This document shows, in pieces, positions 63,301 to 64,000 of a DNA stretch of 64,000 nt. This DNA is from Hypanus sabinus (taxonomy: Eukaryota). The position numbers were made by a program, and so were the translations under genes. The notes beneath the pieces are model-generated. The model saw only the letters and a list, made by a program, of their open reading frames with translations, was not told the origin of the DNA and did no database searches. The stretch lies in assembly GCF_030144855.1 (NCBI RefSeq), contig NC_082708.1, positions 143,530,001 to 143,594,000 of the forward strand. The letters are read 5' to 3'. Numbering within the stretch: the first letter of the stretch is position 1; each line of letters opens with the position of its first letter.

Positions 63301-63639
63301 TGCTTTTACCTGTTGATTGTTTTTAACATTGCCGTTCACTTCAAAATTCCAGCAGCTATACTGTTAATTTTCTCTCCATTTGTCTTCCTCTCCATCCTGT
63401 TCTCCAGACAGATCAATGGTGTTATTAAATATTTATCACCTTCTAGATTACTCCAAAAAAATTCTGCCTTCAGGAGACAAGAGAATTCAGATGCAAGAAA
63501 CCACAAATGCAATGCAGTTTAAAAAAATGAGACAACGTTCCCCCAGAATGATATCACGAAAGCGTATGACAAAACAGACTACACCAGAAAATCCACGTAA
63601 TGTTTGGCAATCCCCAATCCAGAGTCTGGAGAGGCTGCT

Positions 63640-64000
63640 GCATATTAATATCGCGCTACCGTCTAGCGCGTTCCCCGGGAAGGAGCTCCATATCCACCAG
63701 ACAAAAGCAAGACCAAAAACTAAAGCTACAAGACCTGTGCAAAACCACATAATTACAACATATAGTTACAACAGTGCAAACAATAGCATAATTGATAAAA
63801 AAAAAACAGACTATGGGCACAGTAAAAATAGTCCAAGATGTTAAAGGACTGGAAGTTCAAAAGAAATCACCACAGTTTCCACAAGTCCCCAGGGTCCCGA
63901 CAGACTCGCCATCCCACACCGGCGGCAGAAGGAAGTACCCCCGCTATGAAATTCCAAGGCGCCGCCCGACTCAGCCTCGCAGACGCAGCACACAATGGAA
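63640..64000 (-). mobile_element. Young LINE-derived repeat running off the window end
   Basis: Abrupt CpG-rich segment with a LINE 3' UTR-like composition; family not identified. Confidence 0.35.

Noticed and set aside
63380-63844. 154-aa ORF
   Set aside because: Non-ATG start, spans a repeat boundary, low complexity, no motif.
1-64000. CRISPR arrays, rRNA or tRNA genes, prokaryotic systems
   Set aside because: None seen; tRNA-like matches are only PBS sites and degenerate SINE heads.

Overview
Repeat-dense vertebrate intergenic or intronic DNA with no host protein-coding exon I can support. The repeat types (V-SINE/HE1-like SINEs, CR1, Rex1/Babar, Penelope inverted repeats) suggest a cartilaginous fish, probably a ray; this is inference. 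There are four Ty3/Gypsy proviruses. Two are GC-rich CsRn1-type copies on the minus strand. The one at 30742-34956 is intact and only 4.2 kb, with identical LTRs, a tRNA-Trp PBS, a CHCC Gag motif and a -1 frameshift signal (GGGAAAC plus a probable pseudoknot). The one at 4544-8834 is decayed. The other two are decayed Mag-like copies (37427-43570 +, 53379-58825 -) that carry nested insertions. The window also holds several solo LTRs, a hAT mini-element that keeps only the zinc finger and a splice donor, an RTE-like non-autonomous element with a structured 5' end, Penelope repeats with hammerhead-ribozyme relics, and AT-rich unique blocks that may be conserved non-coding elements. Boundaries of old LINE and SINE fragments are approximate, and all family assignments come from motif recognition rather than database searches.
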